This document shows, in pieces, positions 50,965 through 60,839 of a stretch of DNA of 64,000 nucleotides. Positions within the stretch are counted from its first letter, which is position 1, and every line of letters begins with the position of its first letter. Origin of the DNA: an uncultured Anaeromyxobacteraceae bacterium (GTDB lineage Bacteria > Myxococcota_A > UBA9042 > DTJE01). The notes below the pieces were generated by a model. It was not told the DNA's origin and did no database searches. It saw only the letters and a list, made by a program, of their open reading frames with translations. The stretch covers positions 24,740 through 88,739 of the forward strand of contig CAZFVA010000004.1 in assembly GCA_964522105.1 (NCBI GenBank). The letters run 5' to 3'. The position numbers were made by a program, and so were the translations under genes.

Positions 50965-53217
50965 TTGACAGAAGGATATGACTTAAATCAAACGAGGCCG
51001 CCTGTCTATTCCCATTTTGCAGATCAGGCGTGTTTTGTTTTGGCTATACTGCACAACATGATGGATTTTTCACATGGCCGGTCTGCCCAGACAGCTTTGA
51101 CCGGGGAACTTGTCAGGGTCAGGTACGAGGACGACCAGCAGGGTTTCTCGGTGTTCGACGTACAGGTCGACGCGCCGCAATCGCTTGCCGGCACGACTGT
51201 TACGGCCGTTGGCAGTATACAGGAGCTTGCCGAGGGTCTTGAAGTTCGTCTTTCCGGTGAATTCCGCACCCACCCGCGTTTCGGGCGGCAGTTCAAGTTT
51301 TCTTCAGGGATGGTTCTGCCACCGGGAACCGGACGGGGCATCAGAGCTTTTCTGGCGTCCGGTCGCGTTGAGGGTATAGGCAGAGTTCTGGCGGAAAGGC
51401 TGTCTTCACATTTTGGTGATGGGCTCAGGGAAGCGCTTGATGCCGGCGAGAAGCGTCTGGTTGAATGTCCGGGGATCGGGCCGGGTCGTGCCGGGACGAT
51501 TGCGGCGGCGTGGCGGCGAAGTGCTTCTTTGCGCGAGGTCGTGATCCTGCTTTGTGATATGGGGCTGACTCCCGCTCAGGCGTCCAGGATTGCGGCCAGG
51601 TGGGGTGAAGCGGCCCCGACAAGGGTTGCGGCCGATCCGTATGAACTTCAAAGACAGTTAAGGGGTTTCGGGTTTCGTTCAGCCGATTTGATAGCTTCTG
51701 CCATCGGCATTGCCCCCGACTCCCCGCTGCGGTTGAAGGCGGCCGTCAGGTATATGCTTTCCAGCGCTGAAGATGCCGGGCACCTGTACATGAATTCTGA
51801 CAGTCTTGTCGAGGAAGCTGCGGCAATAACCGGGACCGGTCCGGACGTTATAAGTTCTATCGTGTCCACGATGATCGAGCAGGGGGATTTATCCGCCGAC
51901 CGCGATGATTCGGGTGATGTCGTATACCTTCCAGAAAATCTGAAAATGGAAGTTGCAGGTGCTGCTGCCGTTCATGTCCTTGTTTCTGCCGGTCCGGGGC
52001 GGGCTGTAAGCCTGGCTGGCTGTGCTGGCGGCTTTCTGGCCCCGTCACAGATAAAGGCATTGAATGTTTTGATTTCTTCGACGGTTTCCATCCTGACCGG
52101 CGGGCCTGGAACCGGCAAGACCACGGTTACCGCTGAATTGATAAGGCTTTGTGCCCTTTCCGGAATGTCTGTAGCCCTTGCCGCGCCGACCGGACGCGCC
52201 GCGATGAGGCTTCGCGAGACATCAGGCCATGAGGCCATGACGCTTCACAGGTTACTGGAGTTCAATCCGGCAGATGGCCGCTTCACAAGATGCAGGGCCA
52301 ACCCGCTTGATGTTGACTGGGTCATTGTCGACGAGTCATCCATGATCGACATGTCCATGTTTTCTACTTTGCTTTCCGCTATCCGTCCGGGATGTCGCCT
52401 TACGCTGGTTGGCGATGCCGATCAGCTTCCGCCGGTCGGTCCCGGGGATCCTTTCAGGCAGTTGATTTCATCAGGCTGTGTTCCGGTTGCAAGGCTGTCC
52501 GAAGTTTTCCGTCAGGGGGAAGGAAGCTCAATAGTTTCGGCTGCCCACAGAATAATATCCGGGATGATGCCTGATTCCGATCGGTCCGGTCCTTTAGATC
52601 CCGGTGAATTTCATATCGTTATGAAAGAGAACCCGGAAGATGCGGCTGACATGGTTGTAACCCTGGTTTGTGAAAGGATTCCGGCACGTTTCGGTCTGGA
52701 TCCACTCAGGGATATTCAAGTTCTTGCCCCGATGAAGAAGGGTTCCTGTGGTACCGATGCCTTGAACTACGCCATCCGACAGCGGTTGAGGCCTGATGCG
52801 GCACCTGTTTTGTCGCCCGGCGACAGGGTTATTCAGACAAGAAACAACTATCAGCTTGATGTTTTTAACGGTGACATCGGTTTGATCGTGTCGCGTCAAG
52901 CCGACGGCGGTCTGATTGTTCGGTTTGATCAGCGCGAGGTGTCCTTTTCCAGCTCGGACGCTGACGATCTTGCCCCGGCGTCGGCGGTTACCGTCCATAA
53001 GTCGCAGGGCAGCGAATTTCCCGCTGTTGTGGTCTGTATGCATAACCAGCATTTCGTCATGCTTCGGCGCAATCTGCTTTATACGGCCGTGACCCGTGGC
53101 CGGAGGCTTGTGGTTGTCGTCTGCAGTGATAAAGCACTCGGCATGGCGGTCCGGAATTTCCGGGAAGAGCCCAGAAATACAATGTTTTCAAGGCGTCTGG
53201 TCAGTCTGACAGGATGA
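50965..53217 (+). CDS. recD2: ATP-dependent RecD-like DNA helicase (RecD2 type); true start probably internal near 51058
   Basis: Walker A ILTGGPGTGKTT. SF1 motifs VIVDESSMID and VGDADQLPPVGPG. HhH/N-terminal RecD2 module. C-terminal ...VTVHKSQGSEF. Confidence 0.85.
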   Translation: MTEGYDLNQTRPPVYSHFADQACFVLAILHNMMDFSHGRSAQTALTGELVRVRYEDDQQGFSVFDVQVDAPQSLAGTTVTAVGSIQELAEGLEVRLSGEFRTHPRFGRQFKFSSGMVLPPGTGRGIRAFLASGRVEGIGRVLAERLSSHFGDGLREALDAGEKRLVECPGIGPGRAGTIAAAWRRSASLREVVILLCDMGLTPAQASRIAARWGEAAPTRVAADPYELQRQLRGFGFRSADLIASAIGIAPDSPLRLKAAVRYMLSSAEDAGHLYMNSDSLVEEAAAITGTGPDVISSIVSTMIEQGDLSADRDDSGDVVYLPENLKMEVAGAAAVHVLVSAGPGRAVSLAGCAGGFLAPSQIKALNVLISSTVSILTGGPGTGKTTVTAELIRLCALSGMSVALAAPTGRAAMRLRETSGHEAMTLHRLLEFNPADGRFTRCRANPLDVDWVIVDESSMIDMSMFSTLLSAIRPGCRLTLVGDADQLPPVGPGDPFRQLISSGCVPVARLSEVFRQGEGSSIVSAAHRIISGMMPDSDRSGPLDPGEFHIVMKENPEDAADMVVTLVCERIPARFGLDPLRDIQVLAPMKKGSCGTDALNYAIRQRLRPDAAPVLSPGDRVIQTRNNYQLDVFNGDIGLIVSRQADGGLIVRFDQREVSFSSSDADDLAPASAVTVHKSQGSEFPAVVVCMHNQHFVMLRRNLLYTAVTRGRRLVVVVCSDKALGMAVRNFREEPRNTMFSRRLVSLTG

Positions 53218-53230
53218 TTGGGCAGATATT

Positions 53231-54208
53231 CTATTTAAGACGTTCGGAAACCTTTGTCGCAAGTTCCATCAGCTTTTCGCCATCGCAGAACGACCTTCCA
53301 CAGGACATAATGACCACAAGATTTTTGGCCGGGTGAACAAATCCGATGTGAAGGACTTCGTCCCAGTAGGAAAAGAAAGTCTTGCCGGAAACCGATGCGA
53401 TTTCCTGTGCTGACGGGTAGGAAGCCTGGAAAGTTTCGAATCTTTTCTTTGTGTCCTGAGCGTTTTTGCTTCTGAAAAGCTGCAAGGCAAATCCGAACGT
53501 ATTCCCTTTTTCCGGTGTGTAGAAGATTGAATCGGTGTCTTCGGTTCTTGGAACACCCGGAAGTGGCGATCTGCGAAATTTTGCTTTTGCCGGTGCGACC
53601 TTTTCGATGTCGGCAAGCGTAAGCAGAAGTCGTGGATCTGAAAGAACAGGTCTTGATGGATCCGGTGCAGGTGCCGCAGCCGCTTTCTGAGTTGCGGGGC
53701 CTGCTGTTTTTGCGGTTTCTGCCGGTCTGGCAGCTTCCACCGTTTTGCCAGCTTCAGTCGGTTTGCCCGCTTCAGCCGGTTTGCCAGTTTCCCCCGTTTT
53801 GCCCGCTTCCGCCGGCTGTCCGCCCTTGACGTCGCCAACTACCTTTCCAGCCGGTTCCGTACCCTTGTCACCTGACTTATCTACTGACTTGTCACTGTCC
53901 GCCGAGCTCCCGGCTGCAGCAGCAGCAACCTGGTCTGCCTTTCTGGTGTGAGTTGTTATCCCGGCTGAATCGGGTCTAGGTGCCGCTGAATCCCTGCCCT
54001 GTTCTTTCGAATCGGTCTTGGCGGCAGCTTTCTTAGTTTTCTTGATTGTTTCCGAAACGGCCTTGTCCGCAGGTTTCGGATCCTTTGAACAACCAATCCA
54101 GCAGACAGAAATTCCCACGAATAGACAAAATACGGCAGCATGTGCCAATAAAGGCCACTTTTCGCGCTTGAAATGCATCGAATCCTCCATCAGTTCCGCG
54201 TTGAGCAT
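53231..54208 (-). CDS. hypothetical anchored protein with a P/A/E/G/K-rich tandem-repeat linker
   Basis: N-terminal TM. Repeats PAEAGKTGETGKPAEAGKPTEAGKTVEAARPAETAK are mirrored by DNA tandem repeats at about 53700..53830. Confidence 0.45.
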   Translation of the reverse strand: MLNAELMEDSMHFKREKWPLLAHAAVFCLFVGISVCWIGCSKDPKPADKAVSETIKKTKKAAAKTDSKEQGRDSAAPRPDSAGITTHTRKADQVAAAAAGSSADSDKSVDKSGDKGTEPAGKVVGDVKGGQPAEAGKTGETGKPAEAGKPTEAGKTVEAARPAETAKTAGPATQKAAAAPAPDPSRPVLSDPRLLLTLADIEKVAPAKAKFRRSPLPGVPRTEDTDSIFYTPEKGNTFGFALQLFRSKNAQDTKKRFETFQASYPSAQEIASVSGKTFFSYWDEVLHIGFVHPAKNLVVIMSCGRSFCDGEKLMELATKVSERLK

Positions 54209-54617
54209 AGATTCTTGTTCCCGTCTCTGTCAACGAAGGCTCGCGCTGCCATATGACAAAGATATTTGCAGCGCGACAAAATCCGCGTCTTTGCTGGGTG
54301 ATCCCAATATTGTTCAAGGCCTTCACTACCATGATCAGCACGAAATAATACGAACTGGTGGCGAAGTGGCACGAAGGATGCTAAAATTAATTCATGGTGT
54401 GGGGTCGGCTTTCGTTAAGGCCGTCCGGAATGACGTAACTCTGTGAAATAGTAATTTTTTAGAGCTAACGGTTCCGGAGGGGGGACGCGTCGCTACGAAA
54501 ATGATGCGTACCCAGTGGCAAGAAACGGCGGAAGTTCGTCTCCTGGTAGATGCTGTCGACCGACCGGCGGTTGGTGGTACGTTGATGAACTGATGGTTTT
54601 GGACTGGAGGTGACACT

Positions 54618-57600
54618 ATGAAGTCGCTTCTCAAGTATGTGGCGGCGGTCGTTCTGTGTGCAGGACTGATTGCGCCTGATGCTCTTGCTATTGAAGTTGT
54701 GCCTCACAACATTAATATCCAGGGTGTCCTGAGAAACGTGGCGGGCGATGTTGTAACGGGAACTTACTCAATGAAGTTCTCCCTTTATGACGCTGGTACT
54801 GGCGGTACCGTGCTCTGCCAGAACATTTCCAACTTGACGGTGACCGGTGGTGTTTTCAATACCAGCGTTACCTGTCTTGCTTCGGCGTTCATCAACAGAA
54901 CGGCCGTCTGGCTCGGGATTACCGTAGGCGCTGATGCTGAACTCGAGAGAGTTCCGCTTGCGTCAGTTGGATTCGCCATTCAGGCGGAACATGCCGAGCA
55001 GGCTGATGAGCTTCTCGGAGCGGCCAGAGACGTGGACTGCACCGGTTGTGTTGGTGATACGGAAGTGTCATTCAATTACGCCTCCAGTGACAGTAAAGCC
55101 GGCCCGGCAAACGGTCTTGTTTGCGCCGGTTGCGTAAGCGGTGGTACTGGCGCTACGAGCGACATTGCTGCAGCAACGATTACGTCTGACAACATCGGGG
55201 CCGGACAGGTTGCGACTGGTAACATCGCGGCTGGCGCGGTTACCAATGCGAAGCTTGGCGCTGATGCTGTCAAGACCGGTAATATTGAAGACTATCAGGT
55301 GACGACGAATGACCTCGCCAACGGTTTGCTGACCTCGGCAAAATTTGGCGTCAATTCGGTTCCTGAAAGTGCCATTATTCCCCTGTACGCTCTCGGCGAT
55401 GCCAAGAGTGGCAACGCGAAGGGCCTGAACTGTTCGCCGGCATGCGTATCCGCTGCTGAAGTCAGTTTTACTTTCGCGGCATCCGGCACTCAGGGCGGAC
55501 CGGCATCGAACGTTGACTGTCTGGCCATCACCGGTGGATGTATCGAGGCTGGCGAAGTCAGTTTCAATTATGCAGCATCGGGTACGAAGGGCGGCGCAGC
55601 TTCAGATCTCAACTGCACCAACTGTGTTGCAAGCGGCGAAGTCGAGTTCAATTACGCGGGTTCTGCATCCGAGGGTGGCCCGGCGTCTGACCTTTCCTGC
55701 GCCAACTGTGTCGCTCTGGAAGAAGTCGGATTCAATTATGCCGGATCGCTTACGAAGGGCGGCGCGGCCAGTAAGGTCGAATGTACCGGCGCAGATGCCC
55801 CGTGTATCAGCACCGGCGAAGTTGATTTCTACTGGGCGGCCAGTGCCACAAAGGGCGGTGCCGCAAACGATCTGATCTGCACCACGTGCGTTCAGACCAC
55901 AGATCTTGACACGGCATCGGTTACTGACGTGAAGGTCGCCTCGGGAATCGCAGGTTCGAAGATTACCCAGGCTTCTGCGACCGCCTTTGGAACAGTGAAG
56001 ACCGGTCTTGGTATCACGGCGACGGGCGGTATCATAACCCCCGACTGGAATGAAGTCGCAACGAAGACTCACGCCCATACATCCTACTTCGCCAATGGTA
56101 CTGATAACCTGTCCATCGGCGATGGCAAGTACATTGACTTCGTCGATCCAGGTGATAACCCGGGTTCGTACGCGGCAAGACTGAGTGAAGCCTCCGCTGC
56201 GTCCGGTGGTGATGCTGTTCTGAGAGCGTCCCTTGGTGTTGCGTCTGCAACTCCGAGAGGGTCCTTCTTCGAAGTCTATGCTGAAGGCGGCATTGTTGGC
56301 AGTAAGCATAAGCTGTATGCCGGCGGTGATGCGTGGCATGCCGGCAATCTTCAGATTGACGGTACGCTCAGTTGCTCGGGCACTGGTTGTGTAGACAGCG
56401 CTGACATTACCAATGAATCCATTACCGGAACAGATATTCTGAACGGATCAGTGACCGGCGCGGATCTGGATCCGGCTCTGGCACTTACAACGACCGGGAA
56501 GATCACGGCTGGCGAAGTCTGGGCAACAAAGTTTGTCGATTCTAATGCCTCGGGATACTTCGCAGATCCGAATGCAGAGTCGAACATGAAGGATATCAAG
56601 TTTGATAACCTGAAGCTCGGCACGAACACGGTCTACGGTCTTATGAACAACGGAACAAGTACCCCTCTGTCCCTTTACACCAGCACGATTGATGCCGGTC
56701 AGGGTGGTGAAATCCTTTACATTCAGAAGAACAAGTGCGGCCTTATTGATGTTTATGGTGGCAGCGCATGCGCTCAGAACATCATGACCGTCCACGGTAC
56801 TGTGAAGGCCAGCCTGTTCTATGATGCAGACGGAGCGTACTACGTTGACCCGAATTCACACAGCTTGATCAAGTCCCTGAAGACTGACACGGTTGAAATA
56901 CCCAGAACTGGTACGACCACCAACTTCATCAGCGGCGTGACGACCACTTTCGATGTGCCGTGGAAGGACGCTCAGGGCGGTGACTATCAGGTTGATCCGA
57001 GTGGTGACACCAAGCTCAATGTCCTTTATGCCAATGGTGTTCGCCTGAACACGTCGTGGCCAGGTGATCCTGCTTCTGGTTCTGCTCAGGTTGCGAACCT
57101 GTCTCATAACCTTGTGCTGTCCCCGGACGCCATTGGTGGTGGCCAGTTCGTTTATATGAGGTATAACGGTGCCAATAGATTCTCGTTCGGTACGGCCGGT
57201 GGCGCGGACATCAACGTCCCGGGCTTCAGAACCGACGGCGGTTACCTTGTCATGAATTCCGGCGTTTCCAGTAAGCAAATCTACATGAACTGGGACTTCG
57301 GCGGCGGTACCGTTAATATCAACGGCGATCTGAACGCTGCAAGGTTGCTGGATCAAAGCGCGCTCGGCTGCGTGATGGATCCCGGCGCGGACTCGGCCAC
57401 ATGGCACATCTATTCAGCGTATATGTCTGCGCACTACATGAGGGTTCACCAGGGACTGCGCGTTGACGGCACCGGTATTTTCGTTGTCGGTAACGGCGAC
57501 TGGGGCACCGGTATCAGAATGAACGGTAATACCTCGATTATGCCGGTAGGCGATGCCGCTGGTATGATTGGATCGTCGTATCACCGCTTCTATTACATGC

Positions 57601-58013
57601 ATGCGGTGCAGTTCTTCGGTGCATTCTATGCTGGTATATCCAACAGAGAAGCGAAGAAGGACATCAAGTATCTGAACAACACCGACATGGAATCCATCGG
57701 TAACGCAATTCAGCAGATTAAGCCGACGACCTGGCTGTACAAAGAAGAAGTTATGGCGGGCAAGGTGCCGGAAGGAACTAAAGAGGCCTATATTCGTAAT
57801 GTGCCGCACGTCGGCGCAATCCTGGACGAAATGCCTGCTCTGATTTCCAACGGTGGAGCCACATGGTTCCTGAATGACTCAGTCGGCTTCCTTCTGGTCG
57901 CCAGTAAGTATCTTGACGACAAGATCAACAAGCAGGCTGGACAGCTTCGTGACCTGGAAGATCGCCTTGCGATCCTCGAACAGGCCGTTGTTGACGCTGG
58001 TCTGTACAACTGA
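54618..58013 (+). CDS. secreted tail-fibre-like protein with C-terminal S74-type intramolecular chaperone (autoproteolytic) domain
   Basis: GGAGGTGA Shine-Dalgarno. Signal peptide MKSLLKYVAAVVLCAGLIAPDALA. Tail-fibre-type repeats GNIAAGAVTNAKLGADAVKTGNI. About seven CxxC repeats (EVSFNYAASGTKGGAASDLNCTNCV). C-terminal ISNREAKKDIKYLNNTDMESIGNAIQQIKPTTWLYKEE...LEQAVVDAGL resembles the endosialidase/tail-spike chaperone domain. Confidence 0.7.
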   Translation: MKSLLKYVAAVVLCAGLIAPDALAIEVVPHNINIQGVLRNVAGDVVTGTYSMKFSLYDAGTGGTVLCQNISNLTVTGGVFNTSVTCLASAFINRTAVWLGITVGADAELERVPLASVGFAIQAEHAEQADELLGAARDVDCTGCVGDTEVSFNYASSDSKAGPANGLVCAGCVSGGTGATSDIAAATITSDNIGAGQVATGNIAAGAVTNAKLGADAVKTGNIEDYQVTTNDLANGLLTSAKFGVNSVPESAIIPLYALGDAKSGNAKGLNCSPACVSAAEVSFTFAASGTQGGPASNVDCLAITGGCIEAGEVSFNYAASGTKGGAASDLNCTNCVASGEVEFNYAGSASEGGPASDLSCANCVALEEVGFNYAGSLTKGGAASKVECTGADAPCISTGEVDFYWAASATKGGAANDLICTTCVQTTDLDTASVTDVKVASGIAGSKITQASATAFGTVKTGLGITATGGIITPDWNEVATKTHAHTSYFANGTDNLSIGDGKYIDFVDPGDNPGSYAARLSEASAASGGDAVLRASLGVASATPRGSFFEVYAEGGIVGSKHKLYAGGDAWHAGNLQIDGTLSCSGTGCVDSADITNESITGTDILNGSVTGADLDPALALTTTGKITAGEVWATKFVDSNASGYFADPNAESNMKDIKFDNLKLGTNTVYGLMNNGTSTPLSLYTSTIDAGQGGEILYIQKNKCGLIDVYGGSACAQNIMTVHGTVKASLFYDADGAYYVDPNSHSLIKSLKTDTVEIPRTGTTTNFISGVTTTFDVPWKDAQGGDYQVDPSGDTKLNVLYANGVRLNTSWPGDPASGSAQVANLSHNLVLSPDAIGGGQFVYMRYNGANRFSFGTAGGADINVPGFRTDGGYLVMNSGVSSKQIYMNWDFGGGTVNINGDLNAARLLDQSALGCVMDPGADSATWHIYSAYMSAHYMRVHQGLRVDGTGIFVVGNGDWGTGIRMNGNTSIMPVGDAAGMIGSSYHRFYYMHAVQFFGAFYAGISNREAKKDIKYLNNTDMESIGNAIQQIKPTTWLYKEEVMAGKVPEGTKEAYIRNVPHVGAILDEMPALISNGGATWFLNDSVGFLLVASKYLDDKINKQAGQLRDLEDRLAILEQAVVDAGLYN

Positions 58014-58132
58014 TTCTTTCGTTACCGCCAACCTGCAACTAATCACTTAGCTTTGTTATGAAAATCAGCAAGGGACGAATTTGATCCGGATGTGGCGCGG
58101 ATTGAATTGGTCGTCTTTTCCCGTCATGGGTT

Positions 58133-59230
58133 ATGCTTGGTCAGGCGGCTTTTTCTGCGGAAAGGATTATAACGATGAGCACCCCTACAGTCATGCAGGT
58201 GTCAGACGCTTTTGTGGCCTTTGAGGCTGGGGCGTCTGCGCCCGGTTTCAGTGTTACACGGCTTCCCGGAGATGCTTCAAACAGGTCGTATTTCAGGATC
58301 AGGCAGGAATCGGGCAGTCAGTCATGGATGATCATGAAGTTGGCGTCGGAGCCTTTTAAAAGCGAGGAAGGTCAGGGTGCCGGTACCGTGCAACGTCTTC
58401 CTTTTTCCGAGGTTTCCGAGTACCTGAGCCGTGGCGGGATTGGCGTTCCGGCGATTCTGGCAGAAGAAGTCGAGCGCGGGTTTCTGGTGCTGGAAGACCT
58501 TGGCGATGTGACTGTCGAACGGGCGCTTGTGGCCGGTGGCAGCAAGGTTGAGCTTTATCAGTGGGCTATTGATGTGCTTGTTGATATGCAGGCCTGGGCC
58601 AGGTCCAATCCCGACCCGGCTAACATCGCTTTTAATCGCAAATTTGATGCTGCTCTGCTGTTGTGGGAGTTTGAGCATTTCTATGAATGGGGGCTTGTCG
58701 AGTTGACCGGGACTGTTCCGGATGAGCATGACAGGGCCGTTCTGAAGGCTTTTTTTGATACGGTGACCAGCCGGTTGTGCAGCATCCCGCAGGGGTTTGT
58801 TCACAGGGATTTCCAGAGTCGTAATCTGATGATTCATGACGGCAGGATGCGTCTGATTGATTTTCAGGATGCGCTTGTCGGGCCGTTCATTTATGACATG
58901 GTCGCGCTGCTGCGGGATTCATACGTGAAGTTCACGCCGGAAGAGGTCGAGTATTTCCTTGGATACTATGCCGACGTCGGGGCCGGTGTCGGCCTTGTCC
59001 TGCCGCCGATTGAAGAGATGAAGAAGATGTTCCATATGCAGGCGCTTCAGCGGAAGCTGAAGGATGCCGGTCGTTTTGTGTTCATCGATCGGGTAAAGGG
59101 GAATCCGAAGTTTCTTCCGAATATCCCCCGGTCGCTGGCTTATGTCAGGGAGGCTTTTGATAATCTTCCAGAATTTAATGAAGTCAGGCTGGTCCTTGCT
59201 AAATATCTGCCGGAGCATTTCGGGCAATGA
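58133..59230 (+). CDS. aminoglycoside-phosphotransferase-fold kinase (AmgK-like anomeric sugar kinase candidate)
   Basis: APH-family motifs FVHRDFQSRNLMI and LIDFQDA. 4-nt overlap with the downstream nucleotidyltransferase gene. Confidence 0.6.
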   Translation: MLGQAAFSAERIITMSTPTVMQVSDAFVAFEAGASAPGFSVTRLPGDASNRSYFRIRQESGSQSWMIMKLASEPFKSEEGQGAGTVQRLPFSEVSEYLSRGGIGVPAILAEEVERGFLVLEDLGDVTVERALVAGGSKVELYQWAIDVLVDMQAWARSNPDPANIAFNRKFDAALLLWEFEHFYEWGLVELTGTVPDEHDRAVLKAFFDTVTSRLCSIPQGFVHRDFQSRNLMIHDGRMRLIDFQDALVGPFIYDMVALLRDSYVKFTPEEVEYFLGYYADVGAGVGLVLPPIEEMKKMFHMQALQRKLKDAGRFVFIDRVKGNPKFLPNIPRSLAYVREAFDNLPEFNEVRLVLAKYLPEHFGQ

Positions 59231-60231
59231 AAGGGTTTATTCTGGCTGCCGGTCTTGGTACCAGACTGAGGCCTTATACCGATGTGATTCCCAAACCTCT
59301 GTTCCCCGTTCTTGGAATACCATTGATTCACTGGGTTCTGAGAGGTATGAGGCAGGCCGGGGTTTGCGATGTCATGGTGAACCTGCACCATCTTCCCGAC
59401 GCAATAGTCAGCAATCTTGGCGATGGTGATGCGTTCGGGATGAACATCAGCTACCAGTTCGAGCCGCAGATTCTGGGCACCGGCGGGGCACTTGTCGCAG
59501 CAGATTCTTTTCTGCGGGATGACGACAGCTTCATTCTTCATAACGGTGACATTTTTACGGATTGGGATCTGCGAAGGCTTCTGGCGGATGGAGCGGCAGG
59601 TCCGGTGCTGGCTGTCGTTGACGGGCCGGGACTTGCCGAATCTGACAGGCGTGTTGAACTTGATTGCGCAGGACACGTGGCCAGTCTTCGCGGATTGCCT
59701 GTGGCTGGAAGTGGCCCAAAGGTTGTGTATGGTGGTGTTTCCCTGTTGAATCAGGATGTTATTAGATTACTTGGGGCGGCGACGTCTGGACGCAGCTCCG
59801 GGGAAGCGTGCCTGGTGGCGGATGCCCTTATCCCGATGCTTGCGGCTGGTCAGCCAGTTAATTCGGTCGATTATGACGGTCGCTGGTATTGTGATATCGG
59901 TACGCCCGCCAGTTATCTTGATTTGAATATGCGAGCTGTTCTTGATCCGGTTTGGCTGATGGCGAAAAGGGGTTTTGATGTGCCGGTGCAGATCGAACCA
60001 GGTGTGTTTGCGAGTGGCGACTGTAAGATTGGAAAAGGTGTGTCGTTTACCGGTCCCGCGATGATTTGTTCAGGGGCGGTAATCGGGGATGGTGCGGCAG
60101 TCGGCCCCGGAGCTGTGATCAGCGGCCATGTGGCAGGCGGGGCTTGTGTGTCGAGTGCAGTGGTTATGGCCGGGGCAGTCGCTGCAGGGGTCGTTTCAGG
60201 AATTGTCATGCCGGGTTATTCAATTAGATGA
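59227..60231 (+). CDS. sugar-1-phosphate nucleotidyltransferase (MurU-like) with C-terminal left-handed beta-helix domain
   Basis: MKGFILAAGLGTRLRPYTDVIPKPL (the G-x-G-T-R NTP-transferase motif). C-terminal hexapeptide repeats. Confidence 0.6.
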   Translation: MKGFILAAGLGTRLRPYTDVIPKPLFPVLGIPLIHWVLRGMRQAGVCDVMVNLHHLPDAIVSNLGDGDAFGMNISYQFEPQILGTGGALVAADSFLRDDDSFILHNGDIFTDWDLRRLLADGAAGPVLAVVDGPGLAESDRRVELDCAGHVASLRGLPVAGSGPKVVYGGVSLLNQDVIRLLGAATSGRSSGEACLVADALIPMLAAGQPVNSVDYDGRWYCDIGTPASYLDLNMRAVLDPVWLMAKRGFDVPVQIEPGVFASGDCKIGKGVSFTGPAMICSGAVIGDGAAVGPGAVISGHVAGGACVSSAVVMAGAVAAGVVSGIVMPGYSIR

Positions 60232-60839
60232 GTGAAGGCAGCGTAAACAGGCGTCTGCTTGTCGTGGGGGGCCTGTTCTACGGGGTCCTGGCGGTCGCCA
60301 TAGTCCTGGTCGCCGTGCTGCTGCCCGATCTGTTCGGATTCAGAATCCTGCCCATGGAAACCGGCAAGTTTTTCTTCAGTTTGCTGTCCGGGCTGTTGGC
60401 CGGGGTCGGCATCGTCGGGATTTCGTGGCTTCTTGTGGTGTACACGTCCAGCGGGCGTCAGCTAGCGCGTAAGATGGCTGAGGCTGTCGGCAGACTTCGA
60501 CTTGTAGAGGCCCTCTTATTGTCGCTGATGGCTGGTGTCGTCGAAGAGGCTTTCTTTCGTGGTTCGCTGTGGACGCTTGTGGATCATTTTGTCGGACCGT
60601 GGCCGGCGCTGGCGGTGACTTCGGTGTTGTTCGGTTTTGCCCACGGTGCTTTTCGAAAGGGGCTCGGTCTGTGGGGTGCGTTTGCCCTGTTGAGCGGCCT
60701 TGTTGCCGGGGGCCTTAGAATATGGACCGGCGCAATTCTGGCCCCGGTCGTCATGCATGTATTGATTGATGCCGTGAATTTGCCGTTAATCGTTCGTTAT
60801 TTCAGCGTTTCCGACGGACAGCCATCCCGATTCCAATGA
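60228..60839 (+). CDS. CPBP family intramembrane metalloprotease (CAAX protease / Abi family)
   Basis: Motifs AGVVEEAFFRG and FGFAHG, plus multiple TM helices. Confidence 0.7.
   Translation: MSEGSVNRRLLVVGGLFYGVLAVAIVLVAVLLPDLFGFRILPMETGKFFFSLLSGLLAGVGIVGISWLLVVYTSSGRQLARKMAEAVGRLRLVEALLLSLMAGVVEEAFFRGSLWTLVDHFVGPWPALAVTSVLFGFAHGAFRKGLGLWGAFALLSGLVAGGLRIWTGAILAPVVMHVLIDAVNLPLIVRYFSVSDGQPSRFQ

Noticed and set aside
53269-53838. 189-aa alternative-frame ORF and DNA tandem repeats (about 53700..53830)
   Set aside because: The repeats are in-frame coding repeats (PAEAGK-type) of the 325-aa protein. There is no CRISPR repeat-spacer structure.
55602-56339. 245-aa minus-strand ORF
   Set aside because: Antisense within the fibre gene repeats.
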